NCBI GenBank assembly: GCA_018902845.1
Contig: JAHIPV010000020.1
Span: 74,810-138,809, forward strand
Length of the DNA stretch: 64,000 nt
Source of the DNA: Patescibacteria group bacterium
Lineage (GTDB): Bacteria > Patescibacteriota > Microgenomatia > UBA12405
Reading direction: 5' to 3'
How positions within the stretch are numbered: position 1 is the first letter of the stretch; each line of letters begins with the position of its first letter. The notes beneath the pieces are model-generated. The model ran no database searches. It was not told where the DNA came from and worked only from the letters and a program-made list of their open reading frames with translations. This document shows, piece by piece, positions 49,946 through 58,997 of the stretch. The translations under genes and the position numbers were made by a program.

Positions 49946-52633
49946 TTAGCCGAATTTGGGATAGCAGCATTTTTTGTATTTTTTACCACTGTTACACGGG
50001 CAGGGACTATTCCTGTTTGGAGCTTTGTTTTCTGAATTGACAGGTTTAATAACGATTCCCTGATTTTGGTTATTTTGAGCCGATTTGGATATGGACTCAG
50101 TTGACTGACTTAGATCTATTTCCTGTCCCCTGCCCTCGGAGACATTTTGAAGAGATTCGACTGGTGATTGCGTGTTGTTTGGTTGGATTCTAAAAATTTT
50201 TCTAACTAAGTTGTATTCAAATTGACCCATTAGTTTTTGAAACATTTCAAAACCTTCATTTCTATATTCGACCAAGGGATCTTTTTGGGCATAACTACGC
50301 AAACGAACTCCATCCCTGAGATTATCTAGAGCAGTTAAATGCTCTATCCACAGAGGATCAAGGGTACTTAAAATGGCAAATTTTAAGATATCGTTATTGA
50401 TCTCTTGGCCAAAATAAGAGACTCTTTGCTTCCAAGCTTTTTTTAATTTATCCAGAAGTAGACTTTTTGGATTTTGAGATTTTTTTAACTCTTTTTTTAA
50501 GAGAGATCGATTTGATGGATTTAAGGGTAGAATTTCTGAGAATTCTAATAAAAATTTTTGGTAGCTTGGTTTGTTGTCAATTGAACTGTAGGAAAGATTT
50601 TGAATAATTTCTATTTGCTTTTCCAAACGACTAAAGAGTTCAATTTCATTTTTTTGTGGTGAATTCAAAGCATTTAGCAAGGTGGCTTCTCTGAGAGAGT
50701 ACACAATTTGTCTTTGTTTGTTGATAACATTGTCGTATTCGACCAGATTTTTTCTGATATCAAAGTGGTAGCCTTCAACCTTGATTTGAATTTGTTCAAT
50801 TGATTTTGATACTAATGGATGAGTTAGGGGGGCATCTTCGGGCATATTGAATTTAGTCATAAGAGAACTGATTTTGTCGCCACCAAAGACACGCATAAGA
50901 TCGTCATCCAGGGCAATGTAAAACTGAGAATAACCCGGGTCTCCTTGCCTGCCTGCCCTACCCCTAAGTTGATTATCAATTCTTCTGGACTCATGCCTTT
51001 CGGTTCCAATAACGTGCAAGCCACCCAGGCTGATTATTTCGTCATGTCTTTTTTGCCATGTTTTTGGGTCGTCTTCTTTTGGTCCACCAAGAACAATGTC
51101 AACTCCTCTGCCGGCCATATTTGTGGCCACAGTTACGGAACCCTTTTTACCTGCATTGGCTATAATTTGGGCTTCAGAATCGTGGTTTTTTGCATTTAAA
51201 ACTTGAAATGGAATATTTTTCTTTTTAAGAAGTGAAGAAACTATTTGGTTTTTTTCTACTGAGGTGGTGCCAACAAGAACAGGCTGACCTTTTTGATGTA
51301 ATTCGTAAACCTTGGCGGCAATAGCAGCGTATTTGGCCCGCTGGTTTTTGTATATAAGATCCTGAGTGTCAATTCTGGTAATTTGTTTGTTAGTCGGTAT
51401 GATTATGACTTCTAAATCGTAAATTTGTTTGAATTCTTCTGATTCAGTGGCAGCGGTACCGGTCATACCGGCTAGTTTTTTGTAAAGCCTGAAATAATTT
51501 TGGAATGTGATTGTTGCCCAGGTCTGCGATTCTTTTTGAACTGTAACTCCTTCCTTGGCTTCTACGGCCTGGTGAAGTCCGTCAGACCAGCGCCTTCCGT
51601 ACATGAGCCGACCGGTAAACTCGTCAACAATAATTACTTGATTGTCTTTAATGACATATTCTCTGTCTTTTTTGAATATGGCTTTGGCCTTTATGGCGTT
51701 TTCTACATAATGAATAGTTTCAAATGACTCTTCATAAAGATTTTTTACTTTAATAATGCGTTCTATTTTTCTGATGCCGTATTCAGACAGAGTGGCAGAT
51801 TTGGATTTTTCGTCAATGATATAGTCTGTATCTTGGAGCTGATTGGCAATTTGGGCGTATTTATAGTATTTGTCGGTAGGAGCTGTGTTGGGAGAAGAAA
51901 TTATTAGAGGAGTTCTGGCTTCGTCTATTAAAACAAAGTCAACTTCGTCTACGATGGCATAATTATGAGGCCGTTGAACTACCTGTGATTGATCTCTGGC
52001 CATATGGTCGCGAAGGTAATCAAAACCGAATTCATTGTTGGTGCCATAAGTAATATCGGCAAGATAAGCCTCTTTTCTTTTAATGGCTTTTAAGTGAGCT
52101 AATCTATCGTCAATTTTTTCTTCCGGGTCACTATAGTCAGGATCGTAAAGGAAAGATTTTTCATGAATAATACCGGCAACTGAAACCCCCAGGGCTTGTA
52201 GGGCGGGAGCATACCAGCCGGTGCCGAGCCGGGTTAAATAATCGTTTGGGGTAATTATATGGACACCGTCACCCGTTAGACTGTTTAAATAAGCGGGGAA
52301 AATAACCGAGTGAGTTTTGCCTTCGCCGGTTCTTTGTTCGGCTATGGAACCCTGGTGAAGGCAGATGGCTGACATAAGTTGGACATCGTAGGCTCTTTCG
52401 CCAAGATTCCTTCTGATTGATTCACGTACAACTGCAAAGGCTTGAGGTAAAATATCATCCAATCTTTTGCCGTTTTTAAGTTGTTTTTTGAAATATTGAG
52501 TTTTGGCTTTTAGTTTCTGGTCGGAAAGCTTTTGTATTTCCGGTTCTAGAGAATTTATTTTGGCGATTATTGGTTGGTAGCTTTTTAGTTTTTTGGTGTT
52601 GAAATCAAAAAGATTTTTTAAGATTGAGAACAT
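49946..52633 (-). CDS. secA: Preprotein translocase SecA
   Basis: TGEGKT, DEVD, ATNMAGRG, SEC-C motif CPCNSGKKYKKCC; likely start ATG 52633. Confidence 0.97.
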   Translation of the reverse strand: MFSILKNLFDFNTKKLKSYQPIIAKINSLEPEIQKLSDQKLKAKTQYFKKQLKNGKRLDDILPQAFAVVRESIRRNLGERAYDVQLMSAICLHQGSIAEQRTGEGKTHSVIFPAYLNSLTGDGVHIITPNDYLTRLGTGWYAPALQALGVSVAGIIHEKSFLYDPDYSDPEEKIDDRLAHLKAIKRKEAYLADITYGTNNEFGFDYLRDHMARDQSQVVQRPHNYAIVDEVDFVLIDEARTPLIISSPNTAPTDKYYKYAQIANQLQDTDYIIDEKSKSATLSEYGIRKIERIIKVKNLYEESFETIHYVENAIKAKAIFKKDREYVIKDNQVIIVDEFTGRLMYGRRWSDGLHQAVEAKEGVTVQKESQTWATITFQNYFRLYKKLAGMTGTAATESEEFKQIYDLEVIIIPTNKQITRIDTQDLIYKNQRAKYAAIAAKVYELHQKGQPVLVGTTSVEKNQIVSSLLKKKNIPFQVLNAKNHDSEAQIIANAGKKGSVTVATNMAGRGVDIVLGGPKEDDPKTWQKRHDEIISLGGLHVIGTERHESRRIDNQLRGRAGRQGDPGYSQFYIALDDDLMRVFGGDKISSLMTKFNMPEDAPLTHPLVSKSIEQIQIKVEGYHFDIRKNLVEYDNVINKQRQIVYSLREATLLNALNSPQKNEIELFSRLEKQIEIIQNLSYSSIDNKPSYQKFLLEFSEILPLNPSNRSLLKKELKKSQNPKSLLLDKLKKAWKQRVSYFGQEINNDILKFAILSTLDPLWIEHLTALDNLRDGVRLRSYAQKDPLVEYRNEGFEMFQKLMGQFEYNLVRKIFRIQPNNTQSPVESLQNVSEGRGQEIDLSQSTESISKSAQNNQNQGIVIKPVNSENKAPNRNSPCPCNSGKKYKKCCYPKFG

Positions 52634-52762
52634 AGGGGTATTATACAAAACAAACCCTGTTGGTGTTTATGCAACAGGGTTGGTGGCCCCGTAATAAATC
52701 TAAAGATTTAAACGAGGCTTTCACTTGCGTGGCTCCTCTAATTTTAAGCAGTTATTCTAGAC

Positions 52763-52787
52763 GGGCGACCGCAAGGGTCGCCCCTAC
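52763..52787 (-). repeat. GTAG-type REP supplying the stop codon of the upstream gene
   Basis: TAG at 52784-52786. Confidence 0.95.
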
Positions 52788-53620
52788 TTTTTGGTTATCT
52801 TTTTAAAAAGCCAAAAGATAAGAAATAGCAGAAAGAAAATGGGTGAGGATAGAACCAAAATCCAAATGGTTATGTTGAGAACCAGTTTGGAGATTTTTAA
52901 TAGGAGCTTTCCGGCTGATTTTAGTGTACTAAGAGAAGATTGAATTTCTTTTTCCGGTTTAGTTAAAGTTATTGTAAATTTGGCTGTATTGATAAAAACT
53001 GAAATTGAATCCAGCTGTTCTTTGCTCTCGTTTATAATTCTTTGATTTTCAATTATTTCTGATTGGATTTTTAAAAAATCTATATTTGTATTTTTGCCAA
53101 GAAGAGAACTTAATTGCTGGTTGTTTTCCTTTAAAGAATTAATTTTTTCCTGGAGTTGTTTTTGTTTTTTGGCAAGGTCATTGTTTTGAATTTTTTCTGA
53201 TAAAAACTGATGTCCTGAGTCTTTTAGTAAAGAAACAAATAGATCTGAATTTTCGACGGGTAGGTGGATTAATAATGCTCCTTCTTGTTTATCTTTTTGA
53301 TTAAAAATTTGGATTGAAATAATTTTGGCATTTAAGTCTTTTAGTAAAGATTGAATTTGCTGGTTACTGGTTTCAAGATCAGATGATTGCAGACTAATTT
53401 GAAAATCTTTGGCAAAAAGTGTTCCGTTTGGCGGGTTAATGTTGTAATTAGACAAAGAAGAAAGGGTTGGAGAAATCTGATCGCTTTGAAGTTCTGTGTT
53501 TTGTTTTATAGATGGAATACCGAATTGACTAAAACGACTGGAGGAAATTAACTTATTTAATAAGTAGAGAATTGTAGTTGTGGCAATAAAAAAGATTATT
53601 GGTTTATAAATCTTTTTCAT
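52784..53620 (-). CDS. DUF4349-like protein
   Basis: N-terminal TM, ferredoxin-like segment, coiled coil, C-terminal TM. Confidence 0.6.
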   Translation of the reverse strand: MKKIYKPIIFFIATTTILYLLNKLISSSRFSQFGIPSIKQNTELQSDQISPTLSSLSNYNINPPNGTLFAKDFQISLQSSDLETSNQQIQSLLKDLNAKIISIQIFNQKDKQEGALLIHLPVENSDLFVSLLKDSGHQFLSEKIQNNDLAKKQKQLQEKINSLKENNQQLSSLLGKNTNIDFLKIQSEIIENQRIINESKEQLDSISVFINTAKFTITLTKPEKEIQSSLSTLKSAGKLLLKISKLVLNITIWILVLSSPIFFLLFLIFWLFKKITKK

Positions 53621-54891
53621 TAGTTGTTTTTGTTGGGGGATATAAATTGGAAATTGGTAAATGGAATTAAAACTTGAGGAATTTTTATAGAAGTATCTTT
53701 TTGCTGGTTGTTTTCTAAAATAGCAATAAGAGCTCTGTCAGTAATGGCGGTAGCATTTAGAATGTGAACAAACTGGGATTGCCCGTTTATTTTTGTTTTT
53801 ATATTAAGGCGCCGGGCTTGATAGTCGGTGCAATTACTACAAGAATGGGTTTCTTTGTATTTATTTTGACTGGGGAACCAAGCGTTAATATCATACATTT
53901 TTCGATTTGGTTGGGGCAAGTCTCCGGTGCAACAATTCATAACTTGATAGGGAATTTCCAAGTCCTGCATTATTTCTTCTTGAATAGAAAGCATTTCTTT
54001 ACAAACGGCGTCTGAGATTTTTGTATCTGGAAGAGTAAATATGTTCATTTCGACTTTGTTAAAAAAATGGACACGAAAAAGTCCTTGAGTATCCTTGCCA
54101 TAAGTACCGGCTTCGCGGCGAAAACAGGGAGAAAAATTGACATATTTTAAGGGCAGTTTTTTGGCTTCCAAAATTTCGTCCATGTGGTAAGGAACCACTG
54201 AATGTTCGGAACTACTGATAAAAACTAAGTCATCGCTTGATAGATGATAATAAGCATTGTTTAGATTGTTAGTATCGGTATAGCCCATTTTCCATTCTGA
54301 ACTTGCTTTGATCATGGCAGGTGGGATCATTGAAATAAAGCCTTTTTGGGTTAACTTTTTAAAGACGTAAAACATCAAAGACATTTCCAAAACGGCTGCT
54401 TGGTTTTTGAAATAACCAAAACGGGAACCAGAAACCTTGGAGGCTCTTTTGATATCTATGATATCTAATTTTTCGCCGAGCTGAACATGATCGAGTGGCT
54501 TGAAATCGAAATCTGGTTTTTTACCCCATGTTTTTATGACTATATTTTCACTGTCGTCTTTTCCTATGGGAACATCGCTGGCTGGTATGTTTGGAATTTT
54601 CTCCAGTATTTTTTGTAGCTTTTCTTCAGATTCTTTAAAGAGTGGAGTTAATTTTTTTAATTGTTTTTTTAAGCTCAGACCATTTTGGATTTGTTCTTCA
54701 CTTGGTTTGTTTTTTATGTTTTTTGAGATTTGGTTTTGCTGGTATTTAAGCTGATCAATTTGATTAATGAGTTTTTTTCTTTGTTGAAAAAAAACGGAAA
54801 AATCACCTAAAAGGTCTAACTTTATTTGTCTGTCTTTAAGGGCTTTTTTGATCAAATCAAGGTTATCGTTTACAAAATTTTTATCAAGCAT
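53620..54891 (-). CDS. serS: Seryl-tRNA synthetase
   Basis: MLD, coiled arm, CFRREAG, GLFRVHFF, SCSNCTDYQARR. Confidence 0.97.
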   Translation of the reverse strand: MLDKNFVNDNLDLIKKALKDRQIKLDLLGDFSVFFQQRKKLINQIDQLKYQQNQISKNIKNKPSEEQIQNGLSLKKQLKKLTPLFKESEEKLQKILEKIPNIPASDVPIGKDDSENIVIKTWGKKPDFDFKPLDHVQLGEKLDIIDIKRASKVSGSRFGYFKNQAAVLEMSLMFYVFKKLTQKGFISMIPPAMIKASSEWKMGYTDTNNLNNAYYHLSSDDLVFISSSEHSVVPYHMDEILEAKKLPLKYVNFSPCFRREAGTYGKDTQGLFRVHFFNKVEMNIFTLPDTKISDAVCKEMLSIQEEIMQDLEIPYQVMNCCTGDLPQPNRKMYDINAWFPSQNKYKETHSCSNCTDYQARRLNIKTKINGQSQFVHILNATAITDRALIAILENNQQKDTSIKIPQVLIPFTNFQFISPNKNN

Positions 54892-55005
54892 TTTATTAAT
54901 TTATTTTAACAGGGAAAAGGTATTTTTATACCCGCAGATTAATAGCAACTTTGTTAAATCTCAAATTTAAAATTTGAATTTCCAAAAAAAACCAAAGAAA
55001 CTAAT

Positions 55006-55229
55006 TGTCGTTGCGAGGAGTTCGATTGATTGGAAAATATGGTGGGATAATAAAACAACGATGTCATCTTGAGCGAATCCGCCAATTGGCGGAGAAGTCA
55101 AAAGATCTCTCAACTTGTTTGAGAAATCCCGCTACAGCGGGATACCTCGCATTCGCGAGAGATTCCTCCACTTCGGTCGGAATGACAAGAAACTACGTTT
55201 CCTCCAAAGGCAGACACGGCGGGATGACA
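55006..55229. repeat. Mosaic cluster of REP modules
   Basis: tgtcatcttgagc[ccgccaattggcgg]...cccgctacagcggg...ggaatgaca...cctccaaaggcagacac...gggatgaca. Confidence 0.8.
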
Positions 55230-55230
55230 G

Positions 55231-57366
55231 TTATAATCTGATTTGGTCGGCGATGGATTGCATAGATAGAAAACAGACTTCGATGAATTTGTCGATGGGA
55301 ATATTTAGACCATCTTTTTTTTCACACAGCATTACTTCTTCTCTTCTGGTGCCGGCGGCAAAACGTGGTTCCTTTTTGAAGCGTTTAGTAATAGATGAGA
55401 GTTTGACATCAGCTAGTTTTTTGGAAGGATATACGAGAGCTACGGCAACAATTAAACCCGTTAGAGAATCAGCGCAAAGAATGGCCCACTTGGCTTTTGA
55501 GTCGTATTTTATTTTTTCTCTACCATCATGAGCCAGAACTATTTGATGAACAAGGTCAGAAATTTCCAGATTGTGTTTGGCTAAAATTTGTTTGGTATTA
55601 GCCGGGTGTTGGTCTTTTAACTCTCCTGAATAATCAATATCGTGAACCAGTCCGGCCAAAAGCCAATCTTCTTTGCTTGGTTCGTTGTCGTCAATATGAT
55701 TGTTTTCTTTTAGATAGTCGTAAATTCCACCCATACAGGCTTCGAGGGTCAAAGAGTGAAAAAAGATATTTGTTTCCAGTTCGCTTTTTACTGCGTTTAG
55801 GTATTTTTGACGATTGGGATAGTTTTTCTTAGTTGACTTAGTCATAGTAACTTTAGTTTGTGTTTTAGGTTTAGTCGTTCTTGATTTTTTTTTCTGTTTG
55901 ATCTTTGGTTTCATTAGTGGGAAGGCGATAATTTCTCGAATAGATTTGGAATCTGTAAATAGTTTTATTAATCTGTCGATTCCAATGGCGATACCACAAG
56001 TGGGCGGAAAACCCTGTTCAATGGCTTCTAGATAATCATAATCTATTTGGTGTGCTTCTTCGAATCCAGCTTCTTCTCTTTTCTTCTCTTCAATAAATCT
56101 TTTTTTTAAGTCAACTGCATCGGTTAATTCAGAGTAATTGTTTCCTAATTCTGAACCAAAAGCAAACATTTCAAATCTTTGCGTAAATCGAGGATCTTTG
56201 CATTTTTTTGCCAAAGGAGAAATTTCAACGGGGTAATCATAAATTATAATCGGTTGTATTAATTTTTCTTCTACTAATTCTTCAAAGGTAAAATTTATAA
56301 TTTCACCGATAGATGTCATGGCCGAAAGTTCTTTGTGTTTAGTTTCATTTAGTTTTATATTCTGCAATGAATTTCTTGCATCTTTTACTGTTTTCCATGT
56401 TAGGGGATCGATTTTTGTGTATTTTTGTATTGCCTCCACTAATCTCAACTTCTCCCATGGACGTTTAAAACTGAACTTTTTTCCTTGATATTTTAATTCA
56501 GTGGTGCCAAGAACTTTTATGGCGGCATGTTCGATGATTTTTTCAATAAGATCCATACCGTATTTGTAATCTTTAAACGCTATCATTGCCTCAAACATGG
56601 TGAATTCGGGATTATGTTGTTGATCTATGCCTTCATTTCTAAATACTTTTGTAATCTCATAAACTTTTTCAAAACCCCCAACAATAAGTCTTTTTAAATA
56701 CATTTCATCAGAAATTCGTAAATAAAACTGAGAATTTAGAGCGTTATGATGGGTAGTAAAAGGTCTAGCAAAAGCACCTCCATAAATTGGTTGCAAAACT
56801 GGAGTTTCTACCTCAATAAATCCTTTTTTTTCTAAAAAATTTCTGATAGAACTGACAACATTGCTTCTAATTCTTAAGGAATTTCTAACTTTTGAATCAA
56901 GTAAAATATCTAAATATCTTTTTCGAAAACGTTCTTCGGTGTCTTTTAGGCCGTGCCATTTGTCAGGTAAGGGACGAAGTGCTTTTGTCAGAAGTTGAAA
57001 ATCTTTTATATCAATAGTAATTTCTCCAGCCGAAGTTTTGATCACTTTTCCTTCAACACCAATAAAGTCTCCTCTGTCTATTAATTTAAGTATTTTAAAT
57101 TTATCCTTACCTAAGTTTTTTTCCTGAAAAAAAAGTTGGATTTTACCTGTTTCGTCTTGAATATCAGCAAAAAGAATTCGACCATGGCCACGTAAACTCA
57201 TTAATCTGCCGGCGGTTTTGACTTGCTTGTTTAAATTTTGGCAACAGTACGAGACGCTGTGTTTTTTGTCGTAAGAATTAGGGTAAGGATCAATGCCTAG
57301 TTCTTTAAGTTTTTTTATTTTTTCTAAACGGAGGTTACGGATTTGACGCAGTTTTGTCTGGTTCAT
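55231..57366 (-). CDS. lysS: Class II lysyl-tRNA synthetase fused to a C-terminal HD-domain protein
   Basis: OB fold, FRNEG, HNPEFT, GIGIDRL, then HS...LVHDID HD domain; likely start ATG 57366. Confidence 0.93.
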   Translation of the reverse strand: MNQTKLRQIRNLRLEKIKKLKELGIDPYPNSYDKKHSVSYCCQNLNKQVKTAGRLMSLRGHGRILFADIQDETGKIQLFFQEKNLGKDKFKILKLIDRGDFIGVEGKVIKTSAGEITIDIKDFQLLTKALRPLPDKWHGLKDTEERFRKRYLDILLDSKVRNSLRIRSNVVSSIRNFLEKKGFIEVETPVLQPIYGGAFARPFTTHHNALNSQFYLRISDEMYLKRLIVGGFEKVYEITKVFRNEGIDQQHNPEFTMFEAMIAFKDYKYGMDLIEKIIEHAAIKVLGTTELKYQGKKFSFKRPWEKLRLVEAIQKYTKIDPLTWKTVKDARNSLQNIKLNETKHKELSAMTSIGEIINFTFEELVEEKLIQPIIIYDYPVEISPLAKKCKDPRFTQRFEMFAFGSELGNNYSELTDAVDLKKRFIEEKKREEAGFEEAHQIDYDYLEAIEQGFPPTCGIAIGIDRLIKLFTDSKSIREIIAFPLMKPKIKQKKKSRTTKPKTQTKVTMTKSTKKNYPNRQKYLNAVKSELETNIFFHSLTLEACMGGIYDYLKENNHIDDNEPSKEDWLLAGLVHDIDYSGELKDQHPANTKQILAKHNLEISDLVHQIVLAHDGREKIKYDSKAKWAILCADSLTGLIVAVALVYPSKKLADVKLSSITKRFKKEPRFAAGTRREEVMLCEKKDGLNIPIDKFIEVCFLSMQSIADQIRL

Positions 57367-57376
57367 TATCTTAATT

Positions 57377-57844
57377 TTACACGATTGAGGCAATAGAAAC
57401 GATTTTGTAAGTTAATTTGCCAATTGGAGCTTCAAAGTCTATGCTTTCGTTGACTTTTTTACCTAACAAAGCTTCCCCCAATGGGGATTGATCCGAAATC
57501 ATTTGTCGAGCCGGATCAGCTTCGTATTTGCTGACGATAAAAAATTCTTTTTCGGCTTTGTCCTGCAATTTGATTCTGACTTTGGTACCAATTTCAACTT
57601 GGTTTGTATTAATGTTTCCGCTTATTATTTTGGCGATGGCCAAAACTTCTTCAAGTTTTTCTAGCTTGGAGCTAATTAATGCCAATTCCTCTTTTAACTG
57701 AACAGCCAAACCATCTTCTCCGGACTCATCCGGCTGAGCTACTTCCTCTATTCGAGAAACTAAAAGATCTTTTTTGGATTTTAATTCCTGTAACTCCTGG
57801 CTTAGTTTTTCGAAGCCCTTTTGTGTTAGTAATATTTGGTTCAT
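57377..57844 (-). CDS. greA: GreA/GreB transcription elongation factor
   Basis: LTQKGFEKL, EADP, ISDQSPLGEALLGK. Confidence 0.85.
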   Translation of the reverse strand: MNQILLTQKGFEKLSQELQELKSKKDLLVSRIEEVAQPDESGEDGLAVQLKEELALISSKLEKLEEVLAIAKIISGNINTNQVEIGTKVRIKLQDKAEKEFFIVSKYEADPARQMISDQSPLGEALLGKKVNESIDFEAPIGKLTYKIVSIASIV

Positions 57845-57864
57845 CTTTATTTAAAAAATTAAAA

Positions 57865-58007
57865 CCTCTCCTTTTTTAAACTTAGACGGTTGTTTTTTTT
57901 GACAACCCTCTTAAGCTTTAATAGAGAGGCGAATAGTGTTGACGCAAAACAAAATCCCAAAATTGGGTGTGTAGAGTTTTTTCTCTTTGTTGTTGCTTTT
58001 TAGCGTC
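57865..58007 (-). promoter_or_regulatory. Structured 5' leader / possible attenuator upstream of greA
   Basis: Nested complementary arms (gacgc/gcgtc, cccaa/ttggg, cctctc/gagagg, ggttgt/acaacc) followed by a U-tract on the minus strand. Confidence 0.4.
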
Positions 58008-58029
58008 ATGGTAGTGATGTTAGAATAGA

Positions 58030-58803
58030 ATGAACATTTTGTCAATGCTTTTTAAATTTAAAATAATGGAAATATTGGAATTTTTTAGAGTTACACCACA
58101 TAAGCGAAAAGTTAAAATCAAGGGGAAATCAGGTGTGATTTTTAGTAACCCATCTGGTGTAAAAAGACATATTTTTTACGTATCAAACTTGTTGTTGGTT
58201 TTTCTGTTGTTTTACGCTTTTTATTTATATGGACCTCTGGTTAGAGTTATTTTTAAATATCATTTCGATAAAACGAACCTGAATTTGCAACCCAAGCCAA
58301 CAGTTAAGCCAATAACAAGTGTAGAGTTGCAACCTACAATCAGAGAGATAAAAAAAATTGAAAGTTTTAAGATAAGAATAGATAAAATTGGAGCCGTGGC
58401 TGATGTAAAGGTTGGTGTTTCCCCTTTTGATGAGAAAAAATTTAAAGAAGTTTTGAGTGAAGGATGGATTGTTCATGCCAAGGGAAGTGCTTTGCCTGGA
58501 AGCGGTAAAGGTAAAATGTCATATATTTTTGCTCATTCTACCGAACTGGGAGCAGGGTCGGTACGAAAAAATTCAACTTTTTATTTGCTTGGTGAAATGG
58601 AAGATGACGATGAGATTATTGTGGATATTGACGGGAAGGAATATGTTTATAGGGTTTATGATAAAAAAGTAGTGGAAGGAGGAGAAACTGAATATCTTAG
58701 TTACAGTGATGCAAGTAGAGATGTTTTGATACTTCAGACCTGCTGGCCGATTGGAACCAATTGGAAGAGACTGCTGGTGTTTGGAGAACTGGTAAATTTT
58801 TAA
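58030..58803 (+). CDS. Sortase
   Basis: TM anchor, FAHS, LILQTCWP, RLLV catalytic signature; start uncertain. Confidence 0.85.
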   Translation: MNILSMLFKFKIMEILEFFRVTPHKRKVKIKGKSGVIFSNPSGVKRHIFYVSNLLLVFLLFYAFYLYGPLVRVIFKYHFDKTNLNLQPKPTVKPITSVELQPTIREIKKIESFKIRIDKIGAVADVKVGVSPFDEKKFKEVLSEGWIVHAKGSALPGSGKGKMSYIFAHSTELGAGSVRKNSTFYLLGEMEDDDEIIVDIDGKEYVYRVYDKKVVEGGETEYLSYSDASRDVLILQTCWPIGTNWKRLLVFGELVNF

Positions 58804-58851
58804 TTTCTAATTTTTAATTTTTAAATAAATTCAAAACTTTTTTATTTTATT

Positions 58852-58966
58852 CGTCATTCTGAGTGTAGCGAAGAATCCCAAGGGGATCCTTCGTCCGACT
58901 GATCGGACTCAGGATGACGGTGTGTGTGCCGTTCCCCCTGCGGGCGACCGCAAGGGTCGCCCCTAC
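58852..58966. repeat. REP doublet (58852-58919) plus chimeric GTAG-REP (58934-58966)
   Basis: Direct reading. Confidence 0.9.
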
Positions 58967-58997
58967 AATTGTTTTTCTAATAAGCTATAATCCGGTT

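Noticed and set aside
58914-58997. N-terminal extension of TyrRS, and similarly 4246-4311
   Set aside because: Derived from upstream REP sequence; better starts exist at 58998 and 4245.
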